64,000 nucleotides of DNA from Kudoa neothunni (taxonomy: Eukaryota; Animalia; Cnidaria), in NCBI GenBank assembly GCA_964304625.1, contig OZ199838.1, positions 11,433,608 to 11,497,607 on the forward strand, read 5' to 3'. The position numbers and the translations under genes are program-made. Positions 1 through 14,294 of this stretch are shown here, piece by piece. The notes under the pieces are model-generated. The model was given only the letters and a program-made list of their open reading frames with translations. It was not told the origin of the DNA and did not search any database. Position 1 is the first letter of the stretch; each line of letters starts with the position of its first letter.

Positions 1-149
1 AGTTTTTTTATTTTATTCACATTTGTCTTCTTCTCCAAAAATAAGTCGAATCGAGGATCTTTATTGGATAAAGATATGTGCAAATCATAAGTTATAACTA
101 ACTTATAAATGAACTTGATATTTAATATATTCGTGCAAATATCAGATAT

Positions 150-323
150 AGCAGCTCTTCCCAATTAAAACTGGACTCGCACCTCCATTTTTTGGCAAAC
201 AAAATTGGCACCCCTTTTCATACGATATGGTGTAACTGACTTAAAATTTATCAAAAATCATTTTCAATTTTGATCGGATATCGCACCCCCTAAGGCGCGG
301 GCACTCCCAGTTAGGAATCTCTG
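150..323. mobile_element. Terminal fragment of a non-autonomous hAT (Buster/Charlie-like) element
   Basis: Ends in CAGTTAGGAATCTCTG, a degenerate hAT TIR. About 170 nt align by eye with 45115-45294 (TTCCCAATTAAAA...AACTGACT...). Confidence 0.6.
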
Positions 324-1429
324 AGATATAACGTGTTGACGCGTGCGCGAAAATGTGGAATTTTTTGTTTGTTTTAATTCTAAATTTAAAAAGTAAATGA
401 GAAAAATAAACATTTCCCCCCATCTTGAATGAAGAGTTTTAGTTTATCGAATTTTCGAGCGCAAAGTTGAGTTAAGGTTGAAGTATAAAATCTAGAATAA
501 TTCAACAAAATAATTGAAAAAAATTAATGTTGATGCCAATTAAACTTTACTTCTTATTTGTCTTGTAATTTGCTCCAAAAAATGTACTATAATATTTTAG
601 GATTCAAGCAATTTGAATAAAATTTTTTGAATTTGTTTATAGTACCAAATAAGAAGAAATGTACTTTTTAATTTTTATCTTAAGGCTACAAACGATTTGT
701 ATGTAATGCATAATAGATAATAGTGAATGGTTAACATAAATTAATGAATGTATAGAAAATTCAATTTGTAATCTATAAACTTTGTAACAAAAGTAACACA
801 TTTCCCTAATTTGATCTTATAAAATGCATAAAAACTATTGATATTTTAATTTTTCTATGTCTTGCGAAATTATGACTCGTGATGAATGATTTCTTTTCAT
901 AACTACGAAGATTATGACTTGTGCGTCAACAGGTGGTATATAAATTCCAACCCTATCCCAAAAGTTGACATTATAGAATATTATCAAAAAGTAGCAAATA
1001 AATCCAACGTTAAATTTGAAACAATGGAGATCTTTGATGTAAAAGTAAGACCTGCCCTGAATACTATTATAATTATATATACCGGTTGTTTTAATATTAT
1101 AACGGTTGTTCGATTCAAAACTAATAAAAACTATCAAAGGGAGAAAATATGGATTTTTTTATCTACAAGTGGCAGTGTGGATTGAACTGATGAGAGCAAA
1201 ATAGATAGAAGATTCCCAATATGTTTTTATTAATAAAGCTAATGAATTCCTCATGATGATTCAAAATCAACACCTGTACCAATTAGTTGGTTTATGATAT
1301 AATAATAAGATTTAACATTTCGCACAATACATTTTTTAGTGTATCTTCAAATTTTAAATCGTATTCCATTATAAATTAATTCAAGTATTAAGCTAAATAA
1401 GGATGCTAGTTGGTCGAAATATAAACTAA

Positions 1430-1720
1430 TTTTTTAATTTTTTGTTTAATTCCGCATGGGCAGAGTTACGTGTCGTGACGTGAGCAATGGTTTTGATTAC
1501 GCACGGCCCATAATCACTGTATATTCAACCTTGATTGTGCACGAGTCGCGTATGATATACTTTCGATGGTGATTCCGATTGTTTAGAATCCGTACACTAC
1601 GTACGAAGTATGCTTGGCCATACGATTTTTCCGTTGATTCGAGGTATGAGTCTCGAACCCCCACTGCATATTAAAGGTTCTCGGGAACTAAATGCGATCA
1701 CGCTGCACACGTGAACGATA
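1430..1720 (-). mobile_element. GC-rich island, candidate tRNA-derived SINE
   Basis: On the minus strand: B-box-like GGTTCGAGAC (1650-1659), no recognisable protein, and an A-rich tail (AATTAAACAAAAAATTAAAAAA, about 1430-1451). No clean TSD. Confidence 0.35.
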
Positions 1721-2164
1721 TAATTCAATTAATTTAGTTCATTAAAATGTCTTAATATATTTTATGATCATTAATCAATGAGATCATTAATACGAATAAA
1801 ATTTACCTTTTAGATTGATATTGCGCCAGCTTAATCGTACTCTTTATAACTGAAATGTAAAAATCACATCCAATATAACAATAATTAACATATTTGAAAA
1901 ACTTATTCGCAAATTAATTTGAGCTCGGTATAATTCAAGACTAGCCTTTCGAGGAATATTTGACATCCCACATTGAAACATGCTCGACTTAATCAGAAAA
2001 AGCAGTAATTACAATCAAAACTAGCCATTAATGAACTTAAAAAGCATGCTAAAACTGACGCAGCCAGAGAAAACGAGATATAAGGTATCAAACGACAGAC
2101 AACTAGATGTGTTTTCAAACTACGTGTGGTAATCTAAACGAGAAAATAGTGATAATATGGTAAA

Positions 2165-2610
2165 TTATGCATCTTGAGTTTTGGCATATTCGAAAAGGAA
2201 TTTGGATGAGGCACTTTCTTCTCCAAAGTCAACCACACAGCAACTGCTACATTTGACAACTCTTCTAGCCACTCCATCTTTGTCTATCTTACATAGGCCG
2301 GCAAGCTCGCCCATTTTCTTCTGGCTGGGATGAATAACGAGAGGGATGCTGTTCTGTTACAAAGATTGGTCACAAGAGCAACATAGTCATTTTCATCGCA
2401 ATCCTTAGCCAAGAAGCACATTTGAGCTTCCTTTCTTTCGAGGCTTCTGACAGTTTCTTTAATTCCTCTGTAGAGTTTGTTATCGTAAAGGGCATCCTTC
2501 AAGACTTGAGCCATAGCGGTAATCGAGAGACAATTCAATACTACCTCTAAAATGTACATATATCATAGTTGGATTCATGTATTTATCCCCAAAAACAATT
2601 ACCCTTCCAT
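2165..2610 (-). CDS. RPS12: 40S ribosomal protein S12 (eS12), with frameshift(s) in this assembly
   Basis: ATG 2610, intron 2547-2602, 5'UTR intron about 2628-2676. Peptides AMAQVLKDAL..RGIKETVRSLERKEAQMCFLAKDCDE and, in another frame, KKMGELAGLCKIDKDGVARRVVKCSSCCVVDFGEES match eS12. One base is missing near 2357 and probably one extra near 2521. Confidence 0.93.
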
Positions 2611-2688
2611 CTTACAATGTATTCCTCCTTAAAAATAGCATTTAGACAAAAACTAACAACACTAAGAGTAACTTACAGCAGCAAAAAA

Positions 2689-2694
2689 CACGTG
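2689..2694. promoter_or_regulatory. CACGTG E-box at RPS12 5' end
   Basis: Palindrome just upstream of the 5'UTR intron donor. The same motif lies close to the TTC4, MRPS21 and GPN3 starts. Confidence 0.45.
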
Positions 2695-2901
2695 AATCCC
2701 CGATCGGTAAACATCGCAACATAACGCTTATTCTGCTAACTCTACCTACTTTTCCCCCGATCAACGTTAATTATAAAATTACACTCTATTGTTCATAAAT
2801 AATTATAAATTTACGCTCAAAGTCTTAATCTAAGTCTTCGCTCACACAAATCAATAATTCAACAAAAATGTTCAATAGACGCGCACGCACAAAAAGACTC
2901 A

Positions 2902-4546
2902 TTAAAATATAAAACTTTCCTCTCTATTTCTATAATTATCATACAATGGTGACCTGGACGATACACAAATAAAAACTGGTGTTCCGCCAACCACGGATAT
3001 TCTTCATATGAAAAAACAATCGGTTAATTGAATTATACACAAACTCAATGAATACCTTGGATTAGCCAGAATATTTCTAAGACTCATTTGATCCGGAATG
3101 TGTATATAGGTTTCGTTAATTTTATTCTCATAGTAGAATTTGAGCTTGTCAACCGTGTAAATATGTTCACTATCCCAAGGCAACGGTTGTTGCAGAATAT
3201 TTTTCATTTCAGTGTGTAAACTACATTCAATTCAAATAAAAACAAACAATACAATATAACTATACCACGAAACTTCCGAGAAATCTTTAATAAAATCGGA
3301 TTGTTTAAAATCAGGATAGAGGATGATAACCGGCCAAAATACGGTATCAACAGGGGGGTCGTAATGAACAAAATTATTTAGAGAGTAGCTTTCTTTGATT
3401 AAATATTTTCGTGGCAACAAATTAACGCTGCCATCATTTTTATTCAGAAATGGTTCCATTTTAAGATACGTGTTGTATCTGTAAGTTATTTGGTTGTCAT
3501 CCTCTGGTTGGTCATCATCACTAAGATCGTCAAAAGTTCCAAAAGATTGCAGTGATGATTGACCCTTTAAAGTTACGTTTCTCTCCTTCGTTAAAACATA
3601 TAATAATAAACTATGCAGGTCAGCGCATAAATAGATAACTTTACAGAAAGTTTCTGCAGTAATTGTTGTTGTAATTGTGTTCTCACCAAGAGGATTCGTT
3701 TAATTTTGGCTATTTTTTCATTTCTCTCAAGCTTTTGAAAGAATTAAAACCCATACAAACTAATATAATATTTACAATAAGAGGTTTTATCTTATTATAG
3801 ATATCGGAAATTTTATTCTCAGGCTGTTCATTATTGGCGGTAAGGTTGAAATAATGTTGACAAAGAATCAAACAATCATCTAATTTGTCTAATTCGAAAC
3901 AAACTTTAATAACTAGCAATAAAAAAGAAATCGTTCAGTTATAAATCGATGGAAATTAAGCAACTACCTAAACTCAGACATTTTTTATGTTTATTATTTA
4001 ATTTTAAACAACATAAACAGTCGGATAAAGAGTGCCCTAAGTTTCCTAAAATGTGAGAGTGAGCATATCTACATTGCTGGAGGAGTTATACTCATTTTTT
4101 GTTGGCAAAGTGCTCTATTATAAAATAGAATCGCCATAAAATTTTTGTTATTCCATTTTGATGATATTCCTCGACTGTAACACTCAATCGCATCCTTGTA
4201 TTTTTTCTCTGCGAAGTAGCAATTGCCTTCTTCCCTCGCCACCTCACAGCATCCTTCGTGAAAATAAGTTGTTATATTTGGTCACTAATAGCCCCAACGT
4301 AAATATATTACTCTCAGGATCATCCTCTTCTGCTATCAACGCATCAACAGCTTCAATAGCATTTAGAACAGTGTCGTCAAATGGAGTAATGTTGTCCAAC
4401 GGAACCTTTAATTTAAATTCTCGCATATATTACAATTTTCACACAACACAACATACATTGTTTTCTTTCTTTTTTCGTAGTTCATCGATTTTCCTATCTA
4501 TAAAGTCTTCAATATTTAATTCTTCACCAACCAATAAGTCCTGCAT
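2902..4546 (-). CDS. TTC4: TPR co-chaperone TTC4/Cns1 (9 exons)
   Basis: Spliced peptide has TPRs (AREEGNCYFAEKKYKDAIECYSRGI..ILFYNRALC) and wheel-domain motifs VFWPVIILYPDFKQSDFI, PLPWD and VVGGTPVF. Eight short GT-AG introns keep the frame. Confidence 0.9.
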
Positions 4547-4559
4547 TGATCAAATGAAT

Positions 4560-4565
4560 CACGTG
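4560..4565. promoter_or_regulatory. CACGTG E-box 14 nt upstream of TTC4 ATG
   Basis: TCACGTG next to the start codon at 4546. Confidence 0.45.
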
Positions 4566-4719
4566 TCAAACCACAATGGATAACTAAAGTTTATTTTGAG
4601 ACTCTTGCGCGAGCCGACTTTTTACAAAAAATTCTAAAAACTTAAATAGATATTCGATTTTATAAAATGAACATAAATGTAATATAGCTTATAATTTCTC
4701 CCTCTATATATAGTGTGTT

Positions 4720-6050
4720 GTCAATTTTTTTCAAGATGTATTCAGCGAGATTTTATTTGATCAGTGTTTTTGTTCCGAATAGAGTTTAATTTGTGTATGC
4801 GAACACTAAAGATACTTCTAATTCTATTCGTATCTACGTCTTAAGATGTAATAAATAATTTAAAATGGATGACATTTTCATGTAAATATCCAGATCTAGA
4901 TGCATCAAGATTTTTGTAACTACCCCCACAATCGGACCAAATGATAGAGCCAACGTCAACGTTGTTTGTGATTATAGCTTCCAATGTTATATGTTTTTTG
5001 ATTAGTTATTTCCATAAGGAGGTTTCTGTGCTCATCTATTTCTCACATGGTTCAATTCGATACTGATTGGCAAGGATACTACAAATGTTATATTTACGCT
5101 CGTATATTAAACTTTCGTCTATTTGGGCAATCGTGTTGGTTCTGTTAATATGGGGTGAGTGATTGATGTAGTAATTAAAATAAATATTCCTTGTAAGATT
5201 TTTCCTATCAGCCATCATTTTGGATGAAACTTTGATTTCAATCCTTAGAAATTATTGATTCGAATTATCTTTACTGGAATAATATATATTTTTTAACATT
5301 TAGACCAGTGTTTCCCAACCTTTTTTCTATCGCGCCCCATTTTTTTCTTGATAACAAGTTCTGTGCTCACCTCATTCCAAAATAGTGATTTTTTTACGTA
5401 AACTGTTGATCATATTAAACAAAGATCCCTATCACAATAAACTTTGAAAACAATGAATATATATTTCTTTTTTCATTAAAAGCGAAATGGGTTCGATCAG
5501 ATCTAACCTAATTTATCGGTGGACCTTAAAAATTAATATCGTTAGTTTTTCATTTCGTCAAAAATGGCATCAAATGAAACTCATGGTAATCCAACTTCAT
5601 TACGAGAGAATTTCGTGTATACTGGGCTAATGAACCACAAAAATAAATTGTATTAATATAAAATTAATCAATATTGTATTAGATTTAATCAAAAAGGGAT
5701 ATATGATTCTATTCGGATGAAGGATAAGTTATTATTAATTTGTATATAATTAGTCATAGCTTGTTGTATTTTTTATGATATTAACCGTCATTTAAAAATA
5801 AACGATACTGACTTCAAATTATCTCACACTGCTCAATTATCCCACCATTATCTGTGTCACATCAATACTCAGGATTTTCTGAGCCCCACCAAAATATTTT
5901 CAAGTTCCATCGGCGAGGCGCGGGACCCACGTTGAGAAACACTGATTCGGACGAAACTCCGACCACTTTGTTCAAAAAAACATTTCATAACAGGAATGCG
6001 TTTTGAACGATGACTACAGATTCAGGTATTTTAATAAACATACGCAATAA
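4720..6050 (-). mobile_element. Decayed Merlin (ISXO2/IS1595-like) transposase, interrupted by a hAT MITE
   Basis: Fragments AQIDESLIYERKYN, VDVGSIIWSDC and DTNRIE match ISXO2 DDE motifs. Stops and frameshifts are present. Confidence 0.75.
5306..5944. mobile_element. hAT (Buster-type) MITE, family A copy 1
   Basis: TIRs CAGTGTTTCCCAAC / GTTGAGAAACACTG. 8-bp TSD ATTTAGAC / ATTCGGAC (6/8). Homologous to 26511-27218. Confidence 0.85.
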
Positions 6051-7395
6051 TTTAAACCAGTGATTTATAACCTTTCTTTCTTGCGGACCCCCAATGTGTT
6101 CAACGGACTTATCACGGATCACATCTTGTTTTAATGCATAATCTAATCATACGTATAAGTATTTTAACCCTTTCGTCTCCATTGTTCATTTTAATGGATA
6201 GATTATAAAAGATTTTAAATTATTTATCCAATATCTCCAATTTTATTAAAGTATTTATTATATAAATTAATTATGTAATGTTTTTGTTTTAAAATAAATG
6301 TTAAAAAGTTTTAATCACTAAGACATTAATTATTTGTTGTATTAAAATAGAAGATTAACAATTATGAAATCCTCCCTGTATTTTTTTATAACTTATTAAA
6401 ATTCTAATCAAATATAGATAATGAATCATAATATTTTAAAATAAAAAATTTAATCAAATTTGTTGAATTATTTCATGTACATGTGTAAATATTTAGAGTA
6501 AAATCCATAAAATATATTGAGTTGAAAGTGAACTTTAATAATCGAAATATTTTCGTTATATGAAATCTCTATTTTTGTTAATTATTGTGTTCAATAAAAT
6601 CGAGTTAACAAAAGACGAACTATTATATAACAAGATCTTTGTATGTACTTTTTCTCAATAGATTCACAGGCTTCTGACGAAGCATTTAAAAGATTAACAC
6701 ACGTGTATGTGAGGTCGTGATTTTGTTTGTATAGTAAGTAGCATGGAGAATTTAAATTCTCAAAAATAGGCTGCTTTAAAAGGAGTAATCATTCCAATTG
6801 CATAATTTGCAACATTACGAAATATTTTGTTTAAATTTTTTGTTACTGAGAAATAACCTACTAAATGACTTTCATTTTGATAGAACATTTTACAAAATAT
6901 ATGTTAACACAACACAAGGAAATTTGGCTTAAGTACGGTACAGTGGTACAGTGGGGAAGCTCGTGTGGTTTCGCGTTACTTCAACGAAAACATTATCTAA
7001 AATAATTAAATATAGATATAAATTCTTAGATAGAAAGTATGGTCACATATAATATAATGTCACGCTAATGATGATTCATGAGAAATTATAGGTTTTTACG
7101 CCAAATCACACGAGTTACGCGGCAGTTATAAAACTCTATTTAATATTGCTGAAATAATTGGCAATTACGACATCTAAAATATTCAATATTATGTGCATTT
7201 CGTAACTGATAAAATATCTAAAATTTTTCCAAAATATCCCCGGATTTAGCGTGACTCCAAAAAATCGGACTATCGCATTAGCGAAAATGGTTCCTATTGT
7301 AATTAAGGTTAACCACCCCCAAACCAGTATTTAACTCATTAGGTGGTACGCAAGAATACAAAAAAAAAGATGGACAAATTATACAACATGATATT

Positions 7396-10300
7396 CTAAC
7401 ACGAAATCTCATTCTGGCTGCATATATAAACAGCTCTGTCGACTGAATTCATCAAAATTTTTTGAATATCATCACCAGGGTAATCAAACTGTTGACTCAT
7501 ATTGCATTGAATCTTTTCAAGGAGCATAATACACCGCCTTAATAGAGCAATAACTTGAACCACAGTAAAGTTATTAGTATAAATAAGATAATCAAGGTGA
7601 GAAATAAGACGAGTAACGTCATCCAATGAAGGGTTAGGTTTATTGACAAAATGCTCAAAAAGGACGGTAAATACACGGAAGAATAAGGGCACAAAACGAA
7701 GCAACCTGGGCATCATGTATTTGCTGATAAGATTACAATAGATTTTAAACGAACATTCCTTAGATACACATTAAAAATAGTCAACGGCTAATTTACAGTT
7801 CAAATCACTTACAAGTTTATCGAAGGATTCAGTTGAAATCAATTCAGGGAGAAATTCCTGAACAATATGAATCGAAGGTATATGTTTTGTGATCCACTCG
7901 ACGGAGTTGATGGGATAACTCTGTTGTTAATTAAAATTATTGCTACATTTCAATTTATGGTATGCATGGGAATTTACTTGAGAATGTATCAAACGAATAA
8001 GAGTGGGATTGTTCGCAAACAAACAATGAATATACATACCAACTTTTGAATGTATTCGTTCGATATTTAGCCATTCCTAAATATTAACGACTCAACAGAT
8101 ACCACGAAACGATATAGAGTTACATATGTGCTACTGTCGGCATCCACATAATCTAACGATTCAACCAACAATTGTATAACTGCCGATTTTTCCGCCATAC
8201 AAATGGTATGATAGAACTCAAACAACTGATCCTCTTTTAATATAAGGGAGGTTTCCTTTTGAAAAGTCTCGTTGTAGGCTTTATCGTGTTGGTAGACACG
8301 ATTCATTTGTAAAAATATGAAATGTTGAGATATATCCACGATATAATCGATACAACAAATAAAAACTTCCACCAAAAGTACATCTCTAAGAGGAAATCCA
8401 ATAATGATTGATAAAATTATAAATTAAAAGAAATCATATCCAGTTTAATTATATTATAAAAATATTCATATCATAGAGATATCCTCTCATAGACAAATGC
8501 AGACTTAAAGCTGTTTACAAACTCACGTAGCATATTACTATTTAGATAATTGCTATTTTAAATTTATTTTATCATCGTGAAAGAAATTTTATATCATATT
8601 AGATAACTCAAACAAAAAGTTAATTTCGGTAAAAATTCTCAATCTAATACTGATTCTTAAAAGAGGGGCTAAATATGGGATTGACTTATTTGAGTTTAGC
8701 GTGTTTTCCACGTGGTAAAAATTTTCGGATATATCTTTACACAGAATTAATGTCTAAATAAAAACGGATGTTAAAAATATAACTTAAGGTCGTTGTTAGG
8801 AAATATATTGTCGAGCCAACAAATTTTTTATCTGTATATCAAAAAAAATTTATGCGCACGGAGACGTTAGGGTCTAAAAGTGGTGATTTTTTTCATAAAT
8901 TTCTTTATCAATTTAATATACGAGCAAAGAAAGTTTTAAATTATGAAAGTAATCAAAAAATAATAAGTTATAATTTTTGAAACCATCAATATCACATTTA
9001 TTAAAAAACCAACCTCGAGGTAATTTTTTACATAAGATTTTATTATTCCAAAAAATGATCTACAATAAAAATTATATAATCTTAAATTTATAATCGTTTA
9101 ATAAATCAATTAACCCTCTTAAGAAAGTTAAAAAATTTGCTGCGATGTTATTTAAACCTCTCAAAACTTAATACTAATTTATTATATATCGAAGTATTCT
9201 AATGTGAACTGATTTTAAACAATCCCAAAATAAGATAATAGAAATGTGAAATTTATTAATTTGTAAATTATAATGCGAAAAATCGATGGTTGTTATATAC
9301 AATATTTTTTGCCAAATTTTAACGCTACATTATTCTTCCAACAAACGTTTAATTATATTATTATATTCCTTTATTTATTATTAATTCAAATAATAAAAAC
9401 TAGTTTTCTTAAACTGAAAATATAAATTATCTAATAATCAGACGATTATTAGATAGTCTACAACTTGATGGAAAAAGATTAACAACAACAATAATTAACG
9501 TATAAATTTTATCCAAAGTATTTGCTGGATATGAGTTAATAATTTTTTATTATGGATTACCTGAAAATATGCACCGAATTTTTGAAAGTATTCGACGGCA
9601 GCTTGATACACGCAGTTATTTCGATACTGGGTAGCAGTACTTTGACGAGATTGAACACAAATCTGATACAAAATTGATGGTAAATAGTAATCGTGATTCG
9701 AAACAATAATACTTTTCTGGATACACAACGATGCACTGCTTAAATATTTCTGAAAGCTGGTTCGAAATATCAATCGTTGAAGTTTGCTCGAGCGTCGTCG
9801 AATAATGAAGATAATGTTTGAGAAATTCGACAAAATTATCACACACCTCGTCACTCTCAAGTAGTCGACGATGTGAGCTGATCAGTTTGGAATAGGTTTG
9901 AGCTATTTCCTCGCTCATAGAGTCACCATTCGATAGGGGGAAAGTCACATGCTCAATTGGTTTTCTCTCCGATAACACAAAACTATAGTGAGGAATCAAA
10001 TTGGAAAAATATTGTGGCCTCAAGTCCACAGTCATGGCATTAAACTTGGAGACAGAATTAGAATCAAGATAACCATGTTGATCGGAATTGGCAGTTATAA
10101 TCATTTTCTTAAGTGGAATCATATTCCATTGTTGTAGGAGTTGATCGTCATCAAACACAACCATATTGATGTTATAGCATGGGAAAACTCCATATTTCTC
10201 ACATAAAAGCATATAATAACACACCAAATATTGTGAAATGTGATAGTTTTTAACCGAATACACCACTCCATTAGAAAGAGTGATTTTTAATGAGGAATCG

Positions 10301-13300
10301 CTGCCATTAGAATTGTTCGTGGTACTGTTTGAGGAATTGATGTGAGGATTGAATAGTGCCTCCAAGATATTGTTATCAAGCTTTAAGACATTGTAATCAA
10401 TTGTTGTGTCAACTGAATTGTAATTTTTGGCTTTACAAAACGCCTGAACAAATTCTTCGATTAGAGGGCATATTTCTTCATGCAATGGACAAACACACTC
10501 AAACACTTGTCTCATCATCCACTCCTAGTTTATAAAATTAATTTAAAAAATTACACTTATTAATTTTCGATTGGTTTTATCAAAAAACTACTCTTTATCA
10601 CAGGTAAAATTATTATTCAATGATTTTAAGATAATATGTCCGTTGAACTATTCACAAATAAAATAACAACTTTTATTATCATATTGCTTCAAGCAAATTT
10701 TCATTAACTATTAATTTAAAGACAGGATTGCGAATAAAAAAAATATATCTTATTTTATTAGCGTAATCAAGATTACAACATTATAAAATAATCTCTAACG
10801 TAAAAAATTTTATTTCAGTACGATTATGACAACAGCTTTAATATTTTAAGTTTAATATAAATTTGAATGTGAATTTTAAGCTCTAAAGGTAGGAATTAAT
10901 AAGATATTTTAAAAGATTAACATTATAATTCATAAATCTTATGTAAAAATATAATTTCATGAAATGTGAACAATAAATATCGTATTTTTTTCAGTTTTTC
11001 CGTTCGAAATTTATATTAAATAGAAAATTAATAACAGTAATTTTTAAAAACTAAAAAAATATTCAATCAAATTTGATAAACACGATAAATAAGAAATTGG
11101 TATATTTCGGAATTTTTTAAACATTTCACTGTTATTCAAACGTTTTTAATTATAAGCACCTCACCTAAGGGCTCTAGATATATCATATATCGTTATTACA
11201 ATGTATGTAGCGCTACCAAATAATTCTTTTATAAAATTGATTCCTAATATCAATTTATTTTTTATAATTAATAAATTCTTAATCTTAATTGTTTTAAATT
11301 TATCTTCACTGATTTAAAAATATATATATAAATTGGTACATTGGACAAACTTCATGAGAATGAAAACATTTATAGTAAGTATATAATTAATGGATTTGCT
11401 GTAATTATAAATCGCATCTTAAAAATTTTCGTAACTTTCTATAGCGTAATTAACGTATAATTTCATTATATAAATTAAAAAAATTAAACCCATTTTCACA
11501 TTGAAATAACCAAAGATAAATCCCATACATGTACTTTCCAATATTTTATTCATTATGTCACAAAGCAGTCCCTTAATTCCAACAAAAATACCGACTAACC
11601 ATGTACGTATAATTAAATTAGAGATTGCCGTTATTGGTGAAAATCGATTTTAGTGGTCGAATTTTCAAAAAATAAATGCCAAAAACAGCGATCTCTATTT
11701 ATGACTTAATTTATAAGTAGTACGACATTTTTAAATGTATATTAAAAGCTTCTTATAAACAATTTTTCTTGGGCGCGTTCGATTTATTTAGTACATAGAA
11801 GAACTTATATAAATATACATCGTTAAAATTTATCTTTTCATAAATAAAAAAGTGATTAATCAATCTAAATTTAGACTTTATGATCAGAACATCTTTAAAT
11901 ACCATTACTAAGTGAAAGAGTAAACCAAATCACAGTCGGTTTAGCGAAAAATAATGTCGATTTTCAAAATTTACGCCCACAAGACATTTTCATTATTCGA
12001 ATACAAGCATTTAATACCCTGCTTTATATTATAATTAAATAAGTACAGCACTGACGAAAACAATTAATAGATTTCAAGCAATCACAGGATTAAAAACGTT
12101 AATTTGGATGGAAATACGGTAAAAAGCATCAAAATATATTACTTTGATGTTGGCTACATTCCGCACAAAATAATCCGGAAGCCGTATAAGCCTTTGGATG
12201 TAATGTAGCGGCAACACTGAAGCATGTGAGGTAGAATTAGAAACTGGATGGGTTCTGCAGAGATTTGGCGTTACAACATTCTCAATGTTGTTAACGATAT
12301 CGCACTATACACATTACACCAAAATAATACACACGAGCAAAGAGAGGATAGATTACGATATCTTGATTTGTGGTGTAAGTGTGCAGCAATGCGAGGTAAT
12401 CGAAAAATAACGTCAAATCCACCTTTGTATCGTACATGATAACAGCCGAAGGGTGTTTATTGTTGAAAAGAATATCGGGAAGATAGCAACTACCGAAAAT
12501 GTCATTCTTGATGTAGTCAATAACATAATCATAGTTCTGAGAATCGATGTATATGTGGAGAAAGTAGATGAATTGTTTTAAATTATTGAATAAATTGAGG
12601 TCGAATGTTTTAAGAGCCCAATCGGATTGTTGTAAACTTAGTTGATGACAATCGATGAGAAGCAAACGAATTCGATCCATCCAATTTTCGATTCGAGCAT
12701 CGAACAAGTTGTCATGTCTATATGAAAAAGCAGCAGTTAGTGAAACAGTCGTCTTAGTAGCCATAGTACCTAAGAGTATAATTGTATATCATAGACAATG
12801 ATAACACATGAATAATATTATTCAAAGAGGTATTGTAATAGTTGGCTGCTGCGTTATCAACACTACCAACAGTGGCACTTGTGGCCGAAGAACCTGCATT
12901 GTAGTTATTGCCCAAGGGAAACTTACAGAAAATAAGGTCCCAAAAATTATCATAACAGTCGCTGTTTTCACAGTGTACAAAGCACATTCTCAGCAAATAC
13001 ATCAACTGGAAACAGTCGATATCATAGCCCAAATTTTCTGTGAAATTATAAAATATCATCTCAAAAATATCTTCGACTAATGTGGCATTTTCCTAAAAAT
13101 GTTATATAATTAAAAATCATATTTGTAGAATAATCAAGTATGAATCGGACTTTCAGCTTATTTATGAAATTTCTATCATTTTCAACCTTGACCAGTATAA
13201 TTTTTCGAAGTAGTTGAATAGCACCTTCTATGCATTTTTCTAATCCACAAGCATCACATCATTAGATTATATTGATACTGACAGCGAAAATATAAAGTAC

Positions 13301-14294
13301 TATTGTGTTTGCATAACTCAACCAGCACTATCACACCAAACAACAAACAATCAGAATCCACCAGATGTTTGAGAAGCAGAATTTTGATGGTATCGATGAA
13401 CTTTGGAAAATATAGGCATAACTGTCGAACAAGTTTACATAAACCCGTCTGGACATCAGAATAAAATGAGTAGTTGTTGAACACATTATTGATAACTTGA
13501 TATAATACATTCATATTAATTAATTAATTAATTTGGAAACAATAACAATCAATTACAGTCATCTACTAGGTAGTAATGGTTTATTAAAAAATGGATACTA
13601 TAGTAGAGTTGGTCATCATCAATAATCAACAACAGTTTGCACATTTGATCAAACGGTATATACTCTTCGAAACCTATTTTATGTATGGTATTCAAACGCA
13701 TCAACAGCCAAACTCACATTGATAGTAATAGCTGAGAATAATTAGAATCTCATTTTTGTAGCTATCGCTTTTAAACAAGATTTTACCGGGATAATTTAGA
13801 TCAATTATATTAGAAGATAACATTGTTGATACATTAGTGGTGTTTAACCTCCATATATTCGACAATAACCTAAAAATTAATTCCACCTTTGTGGAAAACT
13901 TCTCTGATCTACTAATATCCGATTCGTAATTCTCATAGTGAGATAATGCATCGTCGTTTCCATCAGTGGTCATTGTATCAGCTAAAATATTGTCATCGTT
14001 AGTTCTTGCAGTTGAAGATTTTGCAAGGCAACCGCCACGTCTTTTACTGTTAACAAAATATTTTCTAGCCATATTCACTAATGGATCTGTCTTTACGGAG
14101 ATGAGATACTCACAACAATAGCGATATTTCGACTGGAACATATATCGCTTGAGTTCCAATCTTTCGTGGTCATTCAATTGCGTGGTATCACTGCTAAGTC
14201 GAAACAAATATGCAAGCACTTCATTCACATCTATATTGAGTTGGTGATGCGTAGATTGTCGTAAATTTCCCACTATTGCATCATATTCAAGCAT
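7396..14294 (-). CDS. INTS2: Integrator complex subunit 2 (highly divergent)
   Basis: Spliced segments colinear with INTS2: ILFKSDSYKNEILIIL, WMMRQVFECVCPLHEEICPLIEEFV, LVKVLLPSI, AVIQLLVESL, NPTLIRLIHSQSYP..HIPSIHIVQEFLPELI. Many short introns plus two long ones (8386-9560, 10525-12142). Confidence 0.85.

Noticed and set aside
886-1200. 99-aa ORF vaguely like a hAT dimerisation domain
   Set aside because: Key motifs are absent, so it is too weak to call.
9561-9720. Apparent frameshift in INTS2
   Set aside because: A 50-nt GT-AG intron after PEK restores the frame and gives LVKVLLPSI, matching INTS2.
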